Below, piece by piece: positions 12,973-25,694 of a stretch of DNA of 64,000 bases (position 1 is the first letter of the stretch; every line of letters starts with the position of its first letter). Source of the DNA: Octopus bimaculoides (Eukaryota); the NCBI RefSeq assembly GCF_001194135.2, contig NC_068982.1, forward strand, positions 185,635,125-185,699,124. Reading direction: 5' to 3'. The position numbers were made by a program, and so were the translations under genes. The notes below the pieces were generated by a model that was not told the DNA's origin, searched no databases, and was given only the letters and a program-made list of their open reading frames with translations.

Positions 12973-13769
12973 NNNNNNNNNNNNNNNNNNNNNNNNNNNN
13001 NNNNNNNNNNNNNNNNNNNNNNNNNNNNNNNNNNNNNNNNNNNNNNNNNNNNNNNNNNNNNNNNNNNNNNNNNNNNNNNNNNNNNNNNNNNNNNNNNNNN
13101 NNNNNNNNNNNNNNNNNNNNNNNNNNNNNNNNNNNNNNNNNNNNNNNNNNNNNNNNNNNNNNNNNNNNNNNNNNNNNNNNNNNNNNNNNNNNNNNNNNNN
13201 NNNNNNNNNNNNNNNNNNNNNNNNNNNNNNNNNNNNNNNNNNNNNNNNNNNNNNNNNNNNNNNNNNNNNNNNNNNNNNNNNNNNNNNNNNNNNNNNNNNN
13301 NNNNNNNNNNNNNNNNNNNNNNNNNNNNNNNNNNNNNNNNNNNNNNNNNNNNNNNNNNNNNNNNNNNNNNNNNNNNNNNNNNNNNNNNNNNNNNNNNNNN
13401 NNNNNNNNNNNNNNNNNNNNNNNNNNNNNNNNNNNNNNNNNNNNNNNNNNNNNNNNNNNNNNNNNNNNNNNNNNNNNNNNNNNNNNNNNNNNNNNNNNNN
13501 NNAAATATGTCACAGGGAATAACATTTTTATGACCGCCCAGCAGTAACTCTATTAAGCTGAATAGACGTCAGTGATTGGTTGAAATTACAGAAATACGAC
13601 AACTTTAACATGGAATAACTTGCGAATTCCTTTTTTTTGTTAAGAAGTTTAAGAGTAAAAGATGTTTTATATGACACATTCTACCAGTGTCCCAAGTTTC
13701 AAAGTGTTTCGTTAAGAAAATACTGGTGCCCCCGTTTTGAAATAGATCCTCGATCCCTTTTATTTTCCA

Positions 13770-13900
13770 TCTATCAAATCTATTCACAAGGCTTTGGTCG
13801 GCTTAGTAGAAGACACCTGTCCTTGATGCCATGCAGTGGGACTGAACCCGGAACCATGTGGATGGGAAGCAAACTTCTTACAACACAGTCACGCCAGCAC
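13770..13900 (-). mobile_element. SINE family B 5' half
   Basis: acaaggctttggtcgg...tagtagaagacac...gggactgaacccggaaccatgtgg...agcaaacttctt, shared with 23170-23300. Confidence 0.75.
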
Positions 13901-15814
13901 CTACATTAAAATACTCGAAAGACTTCACGGAAAGTTTTTCTATATTAAAATAAACATCAGTAAAGAAACTTTTACACAATTACAGAAGTGTTAGAAAAGG
14001 CAATCTGTCTGTATGGAAGCGCATACCATACCATATACATATCATCAAGTATGTTATCGAACGAGTTTATGTGATAAAAAAATAAAATCCAAGAGTGCAA
14101 AGGAAATTTGGCAATCGTCAGGCAGGGTTTATCAGAAGAGTATAGCTTGGACTACAAGAGGTCTGAAAAGACAAGATCTGGTTTATGAGTTTCAGAGATG
14201 TTAGAAGAAAAAAAGAAAGAAAAACTAATGAAAAGTCTGAACAATTTTTGTCTAGAGTTCCATCAGAGTTATGTCCCTTGGATCGGTCTTTTTTTTTTTA
14301 GTCGTTTTACGTAATGGCATGCAAATGACAATTGTCCACTCCAGGTTTTGTATATCTGATTGTGAAAATGTTGAAAGGCAAGGGTGAGGAAGAGAGAAAG
14401 TGCAAGATTGAGAGATGCTGGGGAGGATTCTTTAAATGTGCGTGTGTATATGTGTGGTTGTGATGGAGCGCTGGATGCGAAGGAAAGCACAACTTATTAT
14501 GGTGAAGGTACTTCATATGGAACAAAAGCTAATCCTTACTACTAGGATGGAACCAAATATATACCTCTTGTCAGGAGTAAAAGAGAAGAAAACTTCACTT
14601 TTAGAGTTCAAGAAGATCCATGGGCGAAACGAATTCTTTATAATAATCCTTTTCTCTGCTAAGCTGAGTGTCTATTTTAGTTGTANNNNNNNNNNNNNNN
14701 NNNNNNNNNNNNNNNNNNNNNNNNNNNNNNNNNNNNNNNNNNNNNNNNNNNNNNNNNNNNNNNNNNNNNNNNNNNNNNNNNNNNNNNNNNNNNNNNNNNN
14801 NNNNNNNNNNNNNNNNNNNNNNNNNNNNNNNNNNNNNNNNNNNNNNNNNNNNNNNNNNNNNNNNNNNNNNNNNNNNNNNNNNNNNNNNNNNNNNNNNNNN
14901 NNNNNNNNNNNNNNNNNNNNNNNNNNNNNNNNNNNNNNNNNNNNNNNNNNNNNNNNNNNNNNNNNNNNNNNNNNNNNNNNNNNNNNNNNNNNNNNNNNNN
15001 NNNNNNNNNNNNNNNNNNNNNNNNNNNNNNNNNNNNNNNNNNNNNNNNNNNNNNNNNNNNNNNNNNNNNNNNNNNNNNNNNNNNNNNNNNNNNNNNNNNN
15101 NNNNNNNNNNNNNNNNNNNNNNNNNNNNNNNNNNNNNNNNNNNNNNNNNNNNNNNNNNNNNNNNNNNNNNNNNNNNNNNNNNNNNNNNNNNNNNNNNNNN
15201 NNNNNNNNNNNNNNNNNNNNNNNNNNNNNNNNNNNNNNNNNNNNNNNNNNNNNNNNNNNNNNNNNNNNNNNNNNNNNNNNNNNNNNNNNNNNNNNNNNNN
15301 NNNNNNNNNNNNNNNNNNNNNNNNNNNNNNNNNNNNNNNNNNNNNNNNNNNNNNNNNNNNNNNNNNNNNNNNNNNNNNNNNNNNNNNNNNNNNNNNNNNN
15401 NNNNNNNNNNNNNNNNNNNNNNNNATTGTGTACTAAAGAACTGGTATAATTGCTCACGTGTTATTGACTCTCTTTCTATCTGCTGTAATAACTCACACAT
15501 GTATCACTCACATACACACTTTTCTTTGTATGACGGCCTGTCTTTGATTATGTTCTTATATGTCGCATTCACACTCTCACACAGACATACATCTTTAACG
15601 CTACAATAAATATCTCTGTCATTCATCTTATACGGTTGTGGTCTTTCATTACTGGTCATCTATGTTATCGTCGCATAACATATCACGTATATCATATTTG
15701 ATATATATATTTTTGTGTTCGACCGTGTGACACGTTTAAATAAAAGGAGTCCTCTGTTTTTCCATTCGTCACCATTTCTCCTTTTTTGAGTTCGCACGGT
15801 CGTCCCTTACACAT

Positions 15815-16125
15815 CTAACATAAAGCAAATTTTGGTAAATAGATCCAAACCAAGCACAGAAGAGATAACGCCACATGCTTACAAAATGGTCAATGTGACA
15901 CAGAGACTGTAGTGTATAAGGCAGAGGTAATACCGAAGGATCCAAGCAGGTTGACGCAAGCAGAGATATGTTGGTGCTACAGAAGGTCCTTTTAAACCAG
16001 ACTGAATAATCACATGACATCTTTTAAACCCAAGAAGAGAGGTTGCGTCACAATGGTAACAAAACACATAGGGTTATTAAAGGAAAATGCTGCACAAAGC
16101 TTGACAAAAAAAGTGTTGACGATGT
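15815..16125 (+). mobile_element. Penelope-like element GIY-YIG endonuclease remnant
   Basis: Across two frameshifts it reads CLQNGQCDTETVVYKAEV...YVGATEGPFK.RLNNHMTSFK, the VVY...YVG..R..NH..SF pattern of PLE endonucleases. Confidence 0.75.
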
Positions 16126-16524
16126 TTTGGGCATGAAAAGGGAAGATAAAATACGAAGGCTGTGAGAAACAATGATGTCAGTCACTGGTTACTGCAGGGA
16201 TGGGAGGTCATGGGTTTGTAGCTTGATCTTCTATGTTCTGCTTGACGAGTATTGAACATGGGAAAGAATAGCAAATAGCGTTATGATCTCCAGCTGACAG
16301 TTTCTGGAGACCGCCGCCACCACCACCATCACCACCTCCACCTCCACCTAAATCTTAAAATTACAAATTTTGAACTGATACGAGTAGATATGAAAAATAG
16401 GAAACGGAATAAAGAACAGGAGCAAATCCACTAAGAAAAGTCAAAATAGCTCAAAGCTATATTCCAAGGTGATAGTCTATCATCTCTTGTGTTTATCATT
16501 GCTCTGATCTCGCTCTTCCAAGAT

Positions 16525-18185
16525 TAGGACATAACTTAGAAAAATATAAGGATATAGTTAACCATTCATAGAAGACCTAAAGTTATGCGGGAAGACTGAG
16601 AGGGAATTGGAGATCTTTGTCAGGTATTTTCAAGTGTCGAACCCTTGTGATGACGGGAAGGAAATATTATAAAAGTGATGGAATAAATCTACCGAACGAA
16701 GAGAAAATTCGGAAGATTGATACAGATAACAGATATAAATATCTAAAGGTCTTGGAAGCTAATAGGATAAAGGGTATAACAAAATCAGGAAAGAATATTT
16801 CCGAAGGACATAATGACTACTAAAATCCAAACTCAATAGCATAAGCATGATCGCTGCCATAGATTCACGAGCCGTATCCGTCATCAGGTATCGTGCCGGA
16901 ATAATCAAATGGACAAAGAAAGACCTTGAGAAAGTAGCTAGAAAAACAAAGTTGCTGACAATCTATACCCTCAGGCAGATGATGACAAATTGTATTTCAA
17001 CAGAAAGGACGGAGGAAGAAGACTAATAAATATACTTTGCTGCTCTAGGTACAAGGCCCGAAATTTTGGGGGTGGGGGCCAGTCGATTAGATCAACTCCA
17101 GTATGTAAATGGTACTTAATTTATCGACCCCGAAAGGATGAGAGGCAAAGTCGACCTCGGCGGAATTTGAACTCAGAACGTAACAGCAGACGAAATACCG
17201 TTAAGCATTTCGCCCGGCGCACTAACGTTTCTGCCAGCTCGCCGCCTTAAAGAGGACTGATAAATATAGAAAACTGTGTAGGTCCAGAAGTAAAGAGGTT
17301 AATATGTTGTTGACAACGAAGGTGCGCTTCTGATCGCAGTAAGAATAGAGGATGCGTTAGATGAAAGAAAAAAAGTGAAGTTCCCGGAACTGGAAAGTAA
17401 TGATGTGAACAACAAAGTTTACACGGAAAGTATCTTTCAAAGTACTAAAAAGTATTGAGACAAGGAGTAACTGCACATTGCTAGAGACAGAAAGCTGGTC
17501 TAGCTATGCAGAATCAAGCAGTCACAGCAAGATACACCAGGAATAACAAAAATAAGGATGGCATCTCGGCTGAATGTAGAATGTGTAGTGAGAGAGAAGA
17601 GACGGTAGTGCATATAGTTTCTGAATGCAAACTGTTTACTCAGAGGGTTTGGACTGGAGGCAATATAAGTTGCCATGATCATACACTGCCAAATGTGTAA
17701 AAAAAGAAAATATAGATTTGAAGATATGGTAAAATGGTATGACCTTGAAACAATATAACATTGAAAATTACCACGTTAAGATAAAAGTTCACATCCAGAT
17801 TTTGCCGTACTCAATACAGAGGAAAGAGTATGTTATTTAATCGATGTTGTATAACCGTTTAATAAAAGACTGGTAGAAAAAGAAGGTGAGAAAATAGCAA
17901 GATATCAGGACTTAAAATATGAACTTCAAAGAATCTGGAATTGCTGTAGAATTATCATGATCCCAATTGTAATAATAGCTTTTGGAACAGTTGCAATAAG
18001 TCTGACTGGTTGGTCGAAGATGTTGGATATCGAGATGAACTTCCGGTCTCTATCAAGAACCTGTTTGCTTAGCATGGCAAAGTCTCTAAGAAAAGTGCTA
18101 GCTACATAAGGTCGCAGAATACAACATCATATCTAGCAATCTAATACCGACAAGACAACTAAATGTTGAATAAACGAAAAAATAA
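16525..18185 (+). mobile_element. R4/Dong-type non-LTR retrotransposon (RT C-terminal part, CCHC knuckle, RLE), decayed
   Basis: Motifs IEDLKL (YxDD-like), YKYLKV, LYFNRKDGGRRL, CRMCSEREETVVHIVSEC, HPD...C..IDV, KIARYQDLKYEL..IW...PIV, RKVL*. Many frameshifts. Confidence 0.85.
17035..17249 (-). mobile_element. SINE family A inserted into the R4 element, with TSD
   Basis: tRNA-like head ggcggcgagctggcagaaacgttag...gagttcaaattccgccgaggtcgac. Flanked by aagaagactaataaatata (17016-17034) and aagaggactgataaatata (17250-17268). Confidence 0.9.
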
Positions 18186-18189
18186 TAGG

Positions 18190-18395
18190 CATTTCAACAT
18201 AAGGCCAGCAATTTTAGTGGTGAGGGGGAAGTCGATCTTCAATCGACCTCAGTATGTGACTGGTACTTTATTTTATCGACGTTGAAAGGGTGAAAGGCAA
18301 AGTCGACCTATGCGGTATTTGAACTCAAAATGTAAAGAGTTGTAAGAAATTTTGCTTAGCATTTTGCCCAACGAGCTACTGATTTTGCCAGCTCA
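18190..18395 (-). mobile_element. SINE family A
   Basis: Same core as 17035-17249 (ggtactt..tttatcgac...aaggcaaagtcgacc...tttgaactca). Confidence 0.85.
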
Positions 18396-19239
18396 AACAG
18401 ACACGTACACACGGATATGTATTTACATATTTATAATTAAACATATTGATATTTCCTTATATTTCCATATGACTGAAGATGCCAAAACAACCGACACAGA
18501 TAAGAAATAAGAAGTTTATATCTGTTTATAATGTTTTCCTATCTTGAAATGCATACTCATGATATATTTATTTCTGTATGTATGTGTGGTATATACATGT
18601 GTACGTATATACACATCTATGCATATTTGCCTACCTATTTAACTACATATCTACACAAACACATACATATATGTATAGTGGCGCAGGCATGGCTGTGTGG
18701 TTAAGAAGTTCGTTTTGGCATTACATTGTTTCGGGTTCAGTCTCACGGCGCGGCACGTAAGTATATAATATGGCGGACGAAAGAAACCGAAAAAAGTCCA
18801 TCAGATATATATTTGGATCTTTCTTATCTTTTTAGTCAGAAGACTAGGTAGTGCCCACAATCCGTTACAGGGCTTCCAAGATTGGGGCAAGGAAGAGAGA
18901 GGAAAGCATCCTCAAACCCGAAACCTTATTTGAATGCTTGCAAGAGAGTGGAATCCAAGATGTCAGGTGGTAGTGTTAAATGGAGCGACGGTTTAAATCA
19001 GTCATAGCTAAACTGCGACCCGCGGAACTTTCTGAATGGTATGCTTAATGAAATATCTTTTTTTTTTTAAAGTAATATGGTCCGATTAATGACGAGCCAT
19101 GTCTCATGCAGCCCGCTTCCCGTGAAAGGCTGTCCATGCATGGTTTAAACGCACCCACTCAAGTAAACCAGGGTGCGATTTAGACACAATGCAAAAAACT
19201 GAATAAATATTGCAAGGCATCCGGTCTGCCCTGGATTGG

Positions 19240-19640
19240 TGCTGTTTATCGATTTCAAAAGGCTGAAAGACGGGATTTGAACTCAGAGCACATAGAGTCG
19301 AAACAAATACTGCGAAGCATTCTTTCTAACGAAAGACACTACTAATTCGCCGCCCCTGCGCGCATCGTCTTTTTCTTCACAACCCATGCTAATTACACAT
19401 TTTTAACACACACACATAATTGCTTCTATTTTAGGGATGAGGGAAGCACTTTTTGAGTGGAACTGGTTAATTGATTGCATCAACTCCAGTTCATGACTCT
19501 TAATTCATTTTATTGACCTCAATGAGCTGGAAGGCAAAGTTGAATTCGGGGAATTTGTATTCAGAACTTAAATGAGCCGAAACAAATACAAGGCATTCTG
19601 TCGGACGCTCTACCGATTCTGCGAATCCATCACCTTTATG
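19240..19640 (-). mobile_element. Two degenerate SINE family A copies (about 19240-19355 and 19440-19640)
   Basis: tttgaactcag and gaaggcaaagttga core motifs. Confidence 0.65.
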
Positions 19641-22474
19641 CATACATACATGCTTCTATCTATCTATCTATCTATCTCTGTGTGTGAATACGTCTTTCAA
19701 TGTTTATCTTTTTCTCTTGATCATGTTTGTTTACGTAACATACTATTTCATATTAATTTACATGGAAAAATGTCAAATATTTAATTCACTCATCCACCCC
19801 TCCACACAAAATAAGCACACACACAGTTATGCTTATACATCTATAATCTCTCTCACTCTACATGCGCATGCGTGAATGCACGATTGTATGTGCGTGCAGG
19901 TTTGCATGGGTGCATACCATTGCCTGTGCGAATCTATATTTTGACGGAGGTATGTAAAAATGTCGATGTGTACAAGCGAGTTGTTGTATTAGGATCTGCA
20001 GCATAAATTTGAAGTAATGAATTCAACATCTATCCAATGAAAGAGCATGATTGCTTATCCCGCTAGAAATAGAAGCGAAATCTTTCTATCATTAAGGGAG
20101 GGAAAGGAGGAGAATATATTGGAGAATATAGTCATAGATATATATTTTTAAAAAAAGTTTAAAAGAAAACAAGCAAGCAAAAGGGAATGTTCGTAGCTTC
20201 AACGTCTTTGATCATATATGGTAACTGAAACTGAACCAGCCAAGAGCTAAACAGCAACGTTGATAATGATGAAAGCAATTTCAATAGCAAGTAACAGTGG
20301 TCTCTGAAACGTCATGTGTCTAAGCTGATGGAGGTAGAAGGGCTTGTGAGGTGCATGCTTGTACTAAATGAATCACAGTTTAAAAGTGAATTTGTTCTAT
20401 TTAAGAATTGAAAGTGTGTCTCGAAGACGTTTCCACATAAAACTTACCTTTTTACCTGAGCGAAAGCAGTAACAGCATTTTTTGCAAAACATATCCATAG
20501 ACTGTCAAGAACTTGTCGAGAGTTCAATGAATTGGATACTGAGAACTTTAGACAATAAAAGATCCAACAATGATGTTCACGCTCTGGGTAGGTTGGACTA
20601 CTGGTCACAACTTCGGTCTCCTAGCATTCCAGGCCTTACTGATCTGCCAACTGCAAAGTTTGTAAAGAAAAAAAGCTTCGACCACGACAAAATAGCCAAA
20701 GCCAGAGGCTTGAACTGCTGAGAACGCCATTCTCTCATTACGTCTTTGCTCTCTGGAACGCCACCGGAACGCTACGCCATTATGATTTACTCGTTGATGA
20801 CTCTCAAAATTCTTCTGGCACCAAACTTTGTTGGCAGACAAGAAATAACGAGCAAGAATAATTGGGTAGGAACTGTTCAACCCTTAAATTTCATTTCCCA
20901 GGTTCTCGCATCAGGAGCTAATACAGTCACAGTTTGGTTTATAATTATTTGATTTGATTTTATATGACATGTGGTAAAATAATAGCATCGTTGGTTACAG
21001 ATTCCCAATGAACCATTCACTGTTTCACTACTTTGCTGGCAGCGAGAGCAAGAAAGAATTTGTGTAACTCGGACTAAATAATATCACGGTGCATTTTCAC
21101 ACAAAAGCACTGTTTTTTCAGTTTTCTCGCAGATATTTATCATCTTTTGCCAATGTATATCAGTGGAATACAAACTTGCGCGTATGCACTCATTTGGCGC
21201 CCTTCTCAGTTTTTACCATAACGTTTTAATAAGGTATATTTTTCATGCATTTATGCAGACGTACCTTCTCGCAGATTTATGTTTTTTTTTTTTTTGAGTG
21301 ACCATGGTAAAAAATGTAAGGACTTCTTTTCCTTCTAAATAAAAAAAAATCACATTTTTTAAAAATATCATCAACAGCATGCACATACCACCCATTTTCG
21401 GCAGTTAGGGTTACGCCGAAAACGGGTGGTGCACGTATTCTTTACCTCTGCCCACCTTTAAAAACCCATTGCCATAAAATTTCATTAACACTGTATTATT
21501 AAGAAAGTTATGAAGGAACAAAAACGAGGTGGGGATTAAATGCATTTTTTTCGGTTTGACAATTTTCTCACGATTCTTTTGAAAATTTCTGCACAGTTCC
21601 AGGTTTCATGTTAATTATGAAATTTTAAAGAATATTTTGTAATCTTAGACAATCAGGTTCATCCATTTTCGACAGGCCATCGCGAAGGCATCTTTTTTTC
21701 TTTTTTTTTTGCTTTTGGAAACACTACGTTATTCATTTATTTACTTTTGAGAAATTGATAAAATGTACGTTATATTTTAAGAAATTAATTCTGAAAAACT
21801 TTACAAAACTTTTAAAGATAAAAAATATTTAATGAAAGGAAACAACAAATTAACGTTGCAATGGAATTTTGCGATGCACTATAAACCCCAACCACAAGAT
21901 GGTTTCAATTCCTTGCTATGGAAATATTTACTAGTAATATCATCTGCTGGATGGGATGTGGAGAATGAATAAATCTAATTAGCTACAGTTACAAAAAGAT
22001 TAATCGTAAGTTTGTAATTTTATTACTCTCTCGAACATTTGTTAATTTCTTAACCAGCATAAAAAACTACATCTGTGTAAAAATTTTCGAGTCGGAGGCT
22101 ATGATAGAAGCCGTTGCTGTACAATGAAGGAATCAAACTCGTAACCTTGTAATTGCGAAGCAAATATCATAAACAGAACTGTACACCAAAAATGTCTAAC
22201 ATTATACCAGTACCAAAATGAAGCTTTATCGAAGTTTCACTTGGAACTTTTAAGAGAGACCCAAACATATTTCTTTTGCTTATTCAAAATCAGACATCTC
22301 CAATTCACTGAGATGTTTAATATACAAAGATATATATTGATTAGAGATGTTTAATACACAGACCTCTTGATGTGGTTACTTACCATTTCAAAAGACAAAG
22401 TTCAACTCTGTACTTGGTGCTCCAAAATGATCGCTAAAATAAAGAACACACACATTTACCCACAACCGTATATA

Positions 22475-22975
22475 CAGGGTGCGGTGAATAAACTGTCGTC
22501 TAAATTACGCAAAAAGGAAAATAATACTAACCTCTCATTTTAACAGATATATTTACCAAAATTACATAAAAATATCTTGAAATACTAAAGTGTAAATTTA
22601 TTTAATAAAATCGCCATTGGCTTCAACCACGGCCTCCAGACGACTTCGGAATCTTCTGCAACTCTTTTGGACGGTCTCCTTGGTGAATGCCGCCATAATC
22701 CTTGCCTTCAGTTCATCTTTGGTATCACAAGGAGTTTTGTTGGTCTCTCTCTCAACTGCGCCCCACACATAATAATCAAGGGGGTTGCAGTCTGGGGAGT
22801 TAGGTGGCCAGATGTTAGGGGTGGTGTGGTGGCAGAAATTGTCTGACAGCCATGACTGGGTTCTCCTGCTTGTGTGGCATGGTTCAGAGTCTTGTTGTCA
22901 GACATAGGGTCTTCAACCAGGGCAGCACTACCTTCTCCAGGCAATTGATGTAGGCCTCCATGTTAAGTCTGAGAT
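22475..22975 (-). mobile_element. Tc1/mariner superfamily maT (DD37D) transposon 3' fragment with TIR
   Basis: TA at 22473-22474 followed by CAGGGTG TIR. Minus strand reads YV*QQDSEPCH...WPPNSPDCNPLDYYVWGAVER...VVEANGDFIK*, with 37 residues between the 2nd and 3rd Asp. Confidence 0.9.
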
Positions 22976-22977
22976 CG

Positions 22978-23300
22978 TGTGACTGCAGCCATGCTGGGGC
23001 ACGGCGTTGAAGAATTTTAGTCGAACAAATCGACCTCCAGTACTTACTAGTTTTGAAGCCTAATATTCTATCGATCTCTTTTTGGCGAACCGCGACGTTA
23101 CGGGGACGTAAATACACCAATACCAACCCAGACTCAAAGACATACACATGGATACACATATAAACGATGGGCTTCTTTATACCGAATCCATTCAAAGCTT
23201 TGATCAGCCCGAGGTTATAGTAGAAGACACTTGCCCAAAGGACAACACTATGGGACTGAGAGTGGACTCATGTGGATGGGAAGCAATTTCTTGCCACGCC
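22978..23300 (-). mobile_element. Near full-length tRNA-derived SINE (B head, TG linker, C tail), adjoining the truncated end of the maT copy
   Basis: Shows that the B and C fragments elsewhere are two halves of one SINE. Confidence 0.8.
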
Positions 23301-23759
23301 CGTCCGTCTTTAGATGTAAATGATTACTCTGAGTATTTCCACTGTAGTCTAATAAAAGGGTTTGACTCTTCCAGAAGCATGTTTTAGGTATTTTATTGCA
23401 TGCTAGCTAGGACTGTACTCTTACCTCCTTTAGTAAAGAAGTTATCTACCTCTCTCTCTTTCCCTCCCTAATACTTCACTTCATCCTTCGTTTTGATTTT
23501 CTATCTGTCATTCTCACTTCCAGTCCCACAAGACATTTTCATTTTTCTTTGTATAACTCAATATCTGTATGTCTTGTTTTCATCATTGTCTTGAACATTC
23601 GTTAGCTATTTCCAGTGGCTTTTCACCACTGGTTCCACTAAAAGTGAATAATATCAACGTTAAAGGCGCGAAGTTGGACGTTGACTGATGAGCTACGAAT
23701 TTGTTTGTTATATTTTTGTAAAAGTTTCCGTTTGTTGTGTTTCCTTTTTTTAAATATAA

Positions 23760-23797
<38 letters not shown>

Positions 23798-23800
<3 letters not shown>

Positions 23801-23965
23801 GGCGCATGGCTCAGTGGTTAGAGCGTCGAGCTTACGATCGTGAGGTTGTGAGTTTGAATCCCGGACCGGGCTGCGTGTTGTGTTCTTGAGCAAGACACTT
23901 TATTTCACTTTGCTCCAGTTAACTCAGCTGAGAAATGAGTTGTGACATCACTGGTGCCAAGCTGT
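23798..23965 (+). mobile_element. tRNA-derived SINE 5' part, ends at the N-gap
   Basis: A-box TGGCTCAGTGG and B-box-like GTTTGAATCC, followed by gtgttgtgttcttgagcaagacacttt. Confidence 0.85.
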
Positions 23966-24260
23966 NNNNNNNNNNNNNNNNNNNNNNNNNNNNNNNNNNN
24001 NNNNNNNNNNNNNNNNNNNNNNNNNNNNNNNNNNNNNNNNNNNNNNNNNNNNNNNNNNNNNNNNNNNNNNNNNNNNNNNNNNNNNNNNNNNNNNNNNNNN
24101 NNNNNNNNNNNNNNNNNNNNNNNNNNNNNNNNNNNNNNNNNNNNNNNNNNNNNNNNNNNNNNNNNNNNNNNNNNNNNNNNNNNNNNNNNNNNNNNNNNNN
24201 NNNNNNNNNNNNNNNNNNNNNNNNNNNNNNNNNNNNNNNNNNNNNNNNGTTGCTGACAGT

Positions 24261-24637
24261 GGAGGCGCAATGGCCCAGTGGTTAGGGCAGCGGACTCGCG
24301 GTCATAGGATCGCAGTTTCGATTCCCAAACCGGGTGTTGTGAGTGTTTATTGATCGAAAACACCTAAAGCTCCACGAGGCTCCGGCAGGGGATGGTGGCG
24401 AACCCTGCTGTACTCTTTCACCACAACTTTCTCTTACTTCCTGTTTCTGTTGTGCCTGTAATTCAAAGGGCCAGCCTTGTCACACTGTGTCACGCTGAAT
24501 ATCCCCGAGAACTACGTTAAGGGTACACGTGTCTGTGGAGTGCTCAGCCACTTGCACGTTAATTTCACGAGCAGCCTGTTCCGTTGATCGGTTCAACTGG
24601 AACCCTCGACGTCCTAAGCGACGGAGTGCCAACAACA
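24261..24637 (+). mobile_element. Full-length tRNA-derived SINE family D with TSD of at least 12 bp
   Basis: A-box TGGCCCAGTGG, B-box GTTTCGATTCC, (CAA)n-like tail. gttgctgacagt at 24249-24260 and again at 24638-24649. Confidence 0.92.
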
Positions 24638-24659
24638 GTTGCTGACAGTAAGCTATATA

Positions 24660-25250
24660 TCAACTTATCGAATTTTTTCGCAGCTTCGATATGGGAAAAA
24701 GTGTGTAACTCTCGATGTGTCGTATACAGCCCACTGTTTGAAGCTTACAGTCTGCCTACACACGGATCCTCGGATCGTGTATATACATACATACATACAT
24801 ATATGTATATTTTGTTGGAGGTGTGAAACGTGTGGTCGTATGCTCCTTTCCAAGGCTGCCTATGTCCTATGAAGTATCGGCTGCATGTGCAACGTTCTTC
24901 CTCCCCATACCGAGTATTTTGACGTGCGTAGTGTGTGTAAGGACTTGCAAGTTGATTTGGGGTCTGAAGAGACATAGGGATTCACAAGGATTATATTTCA
25001 CAGAGTGATCCAACCAATCCAGTGAAAGCTCCAACTTTCGTATGTTACCTATGCTTCAAAACCATAAGATCTGCAGCGAGATTGAATAGACATCTGCGCG
25101 GTAATAGTGGTTCTGAACCGGTGTCCATTGGTAAAAGATGGTAGAGAACTACTGTCATAGTCGGAATGTCAGAAATGCCATTGACAACGAGGGAGCTCAG
25201 GAGATGGCAGTCATCTGTAAAGGCAATTATCATCATCATCATCATCTTCA
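24660..25250 (+). mobile_element. RTE-like LINE 3' end with two C2H2-type fingers and a (CAT)n tail
   Basis: LTCVVCVRTCKLIWGLKRH.(fs)IH and FVCYLCFKTIRSAARLNRHLR, then gccattgacaacgagggag and (cat)n. Confidence 0.55.
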
Positions 25251-25291
25251 TCGATATATCTTCAAACACACGCATGGACGACTGACATTAA

Positions 25292-25326
<35 letters not shown>

Positions 25327-25660
25327 ATATGGCATAAATACAGTTTAGTGTACTTTCTGATACATTTTTTTCCTTCACTCGATTTTCTGAAAAAGTTTTA
25401 CAGAGATGCGTTTCCGAGGGTGTCGATTACGATTTTAATGATAAAATTTAGGTAAAAAATAAATGTATTAGAGGAGTACCTCCCTGACTCCTAGTATCAG
25501 TATCCGTAACGTTAGCCCTTCTTCCAGTTTTTTGTTTGAAACATAAACGTATTTATGCAAAATTTCATTAAGAAAATACGCATTTTTAAGAAAGTTACGA
25601 AGCGTAGAAGGTGGCCTCAAATTGTAACAGCTTTGCTTTGTCTATGTGTGTACGTATGTC

Positions 25661-25693
<33 letters not shown>

Positions 25694-25694
25694 T

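Noticed and set aside
12846-15609. Long ORFs (233-337 aa) in the ORF track
   Set aside because: They are made almost entirely of N-gap X residues. The same applies to those at 27.7-28.5, 30.3-31.0, 32.6-33.3, 39.9-40.3 and 44.1-44.5 kb.
23798-23875. tRNA gene (A and B boxes present)
   Set aside because: It continues into a SINE body, and no proper acceptor stem or cloverleaf is evident. The same applies to 24261-24330.
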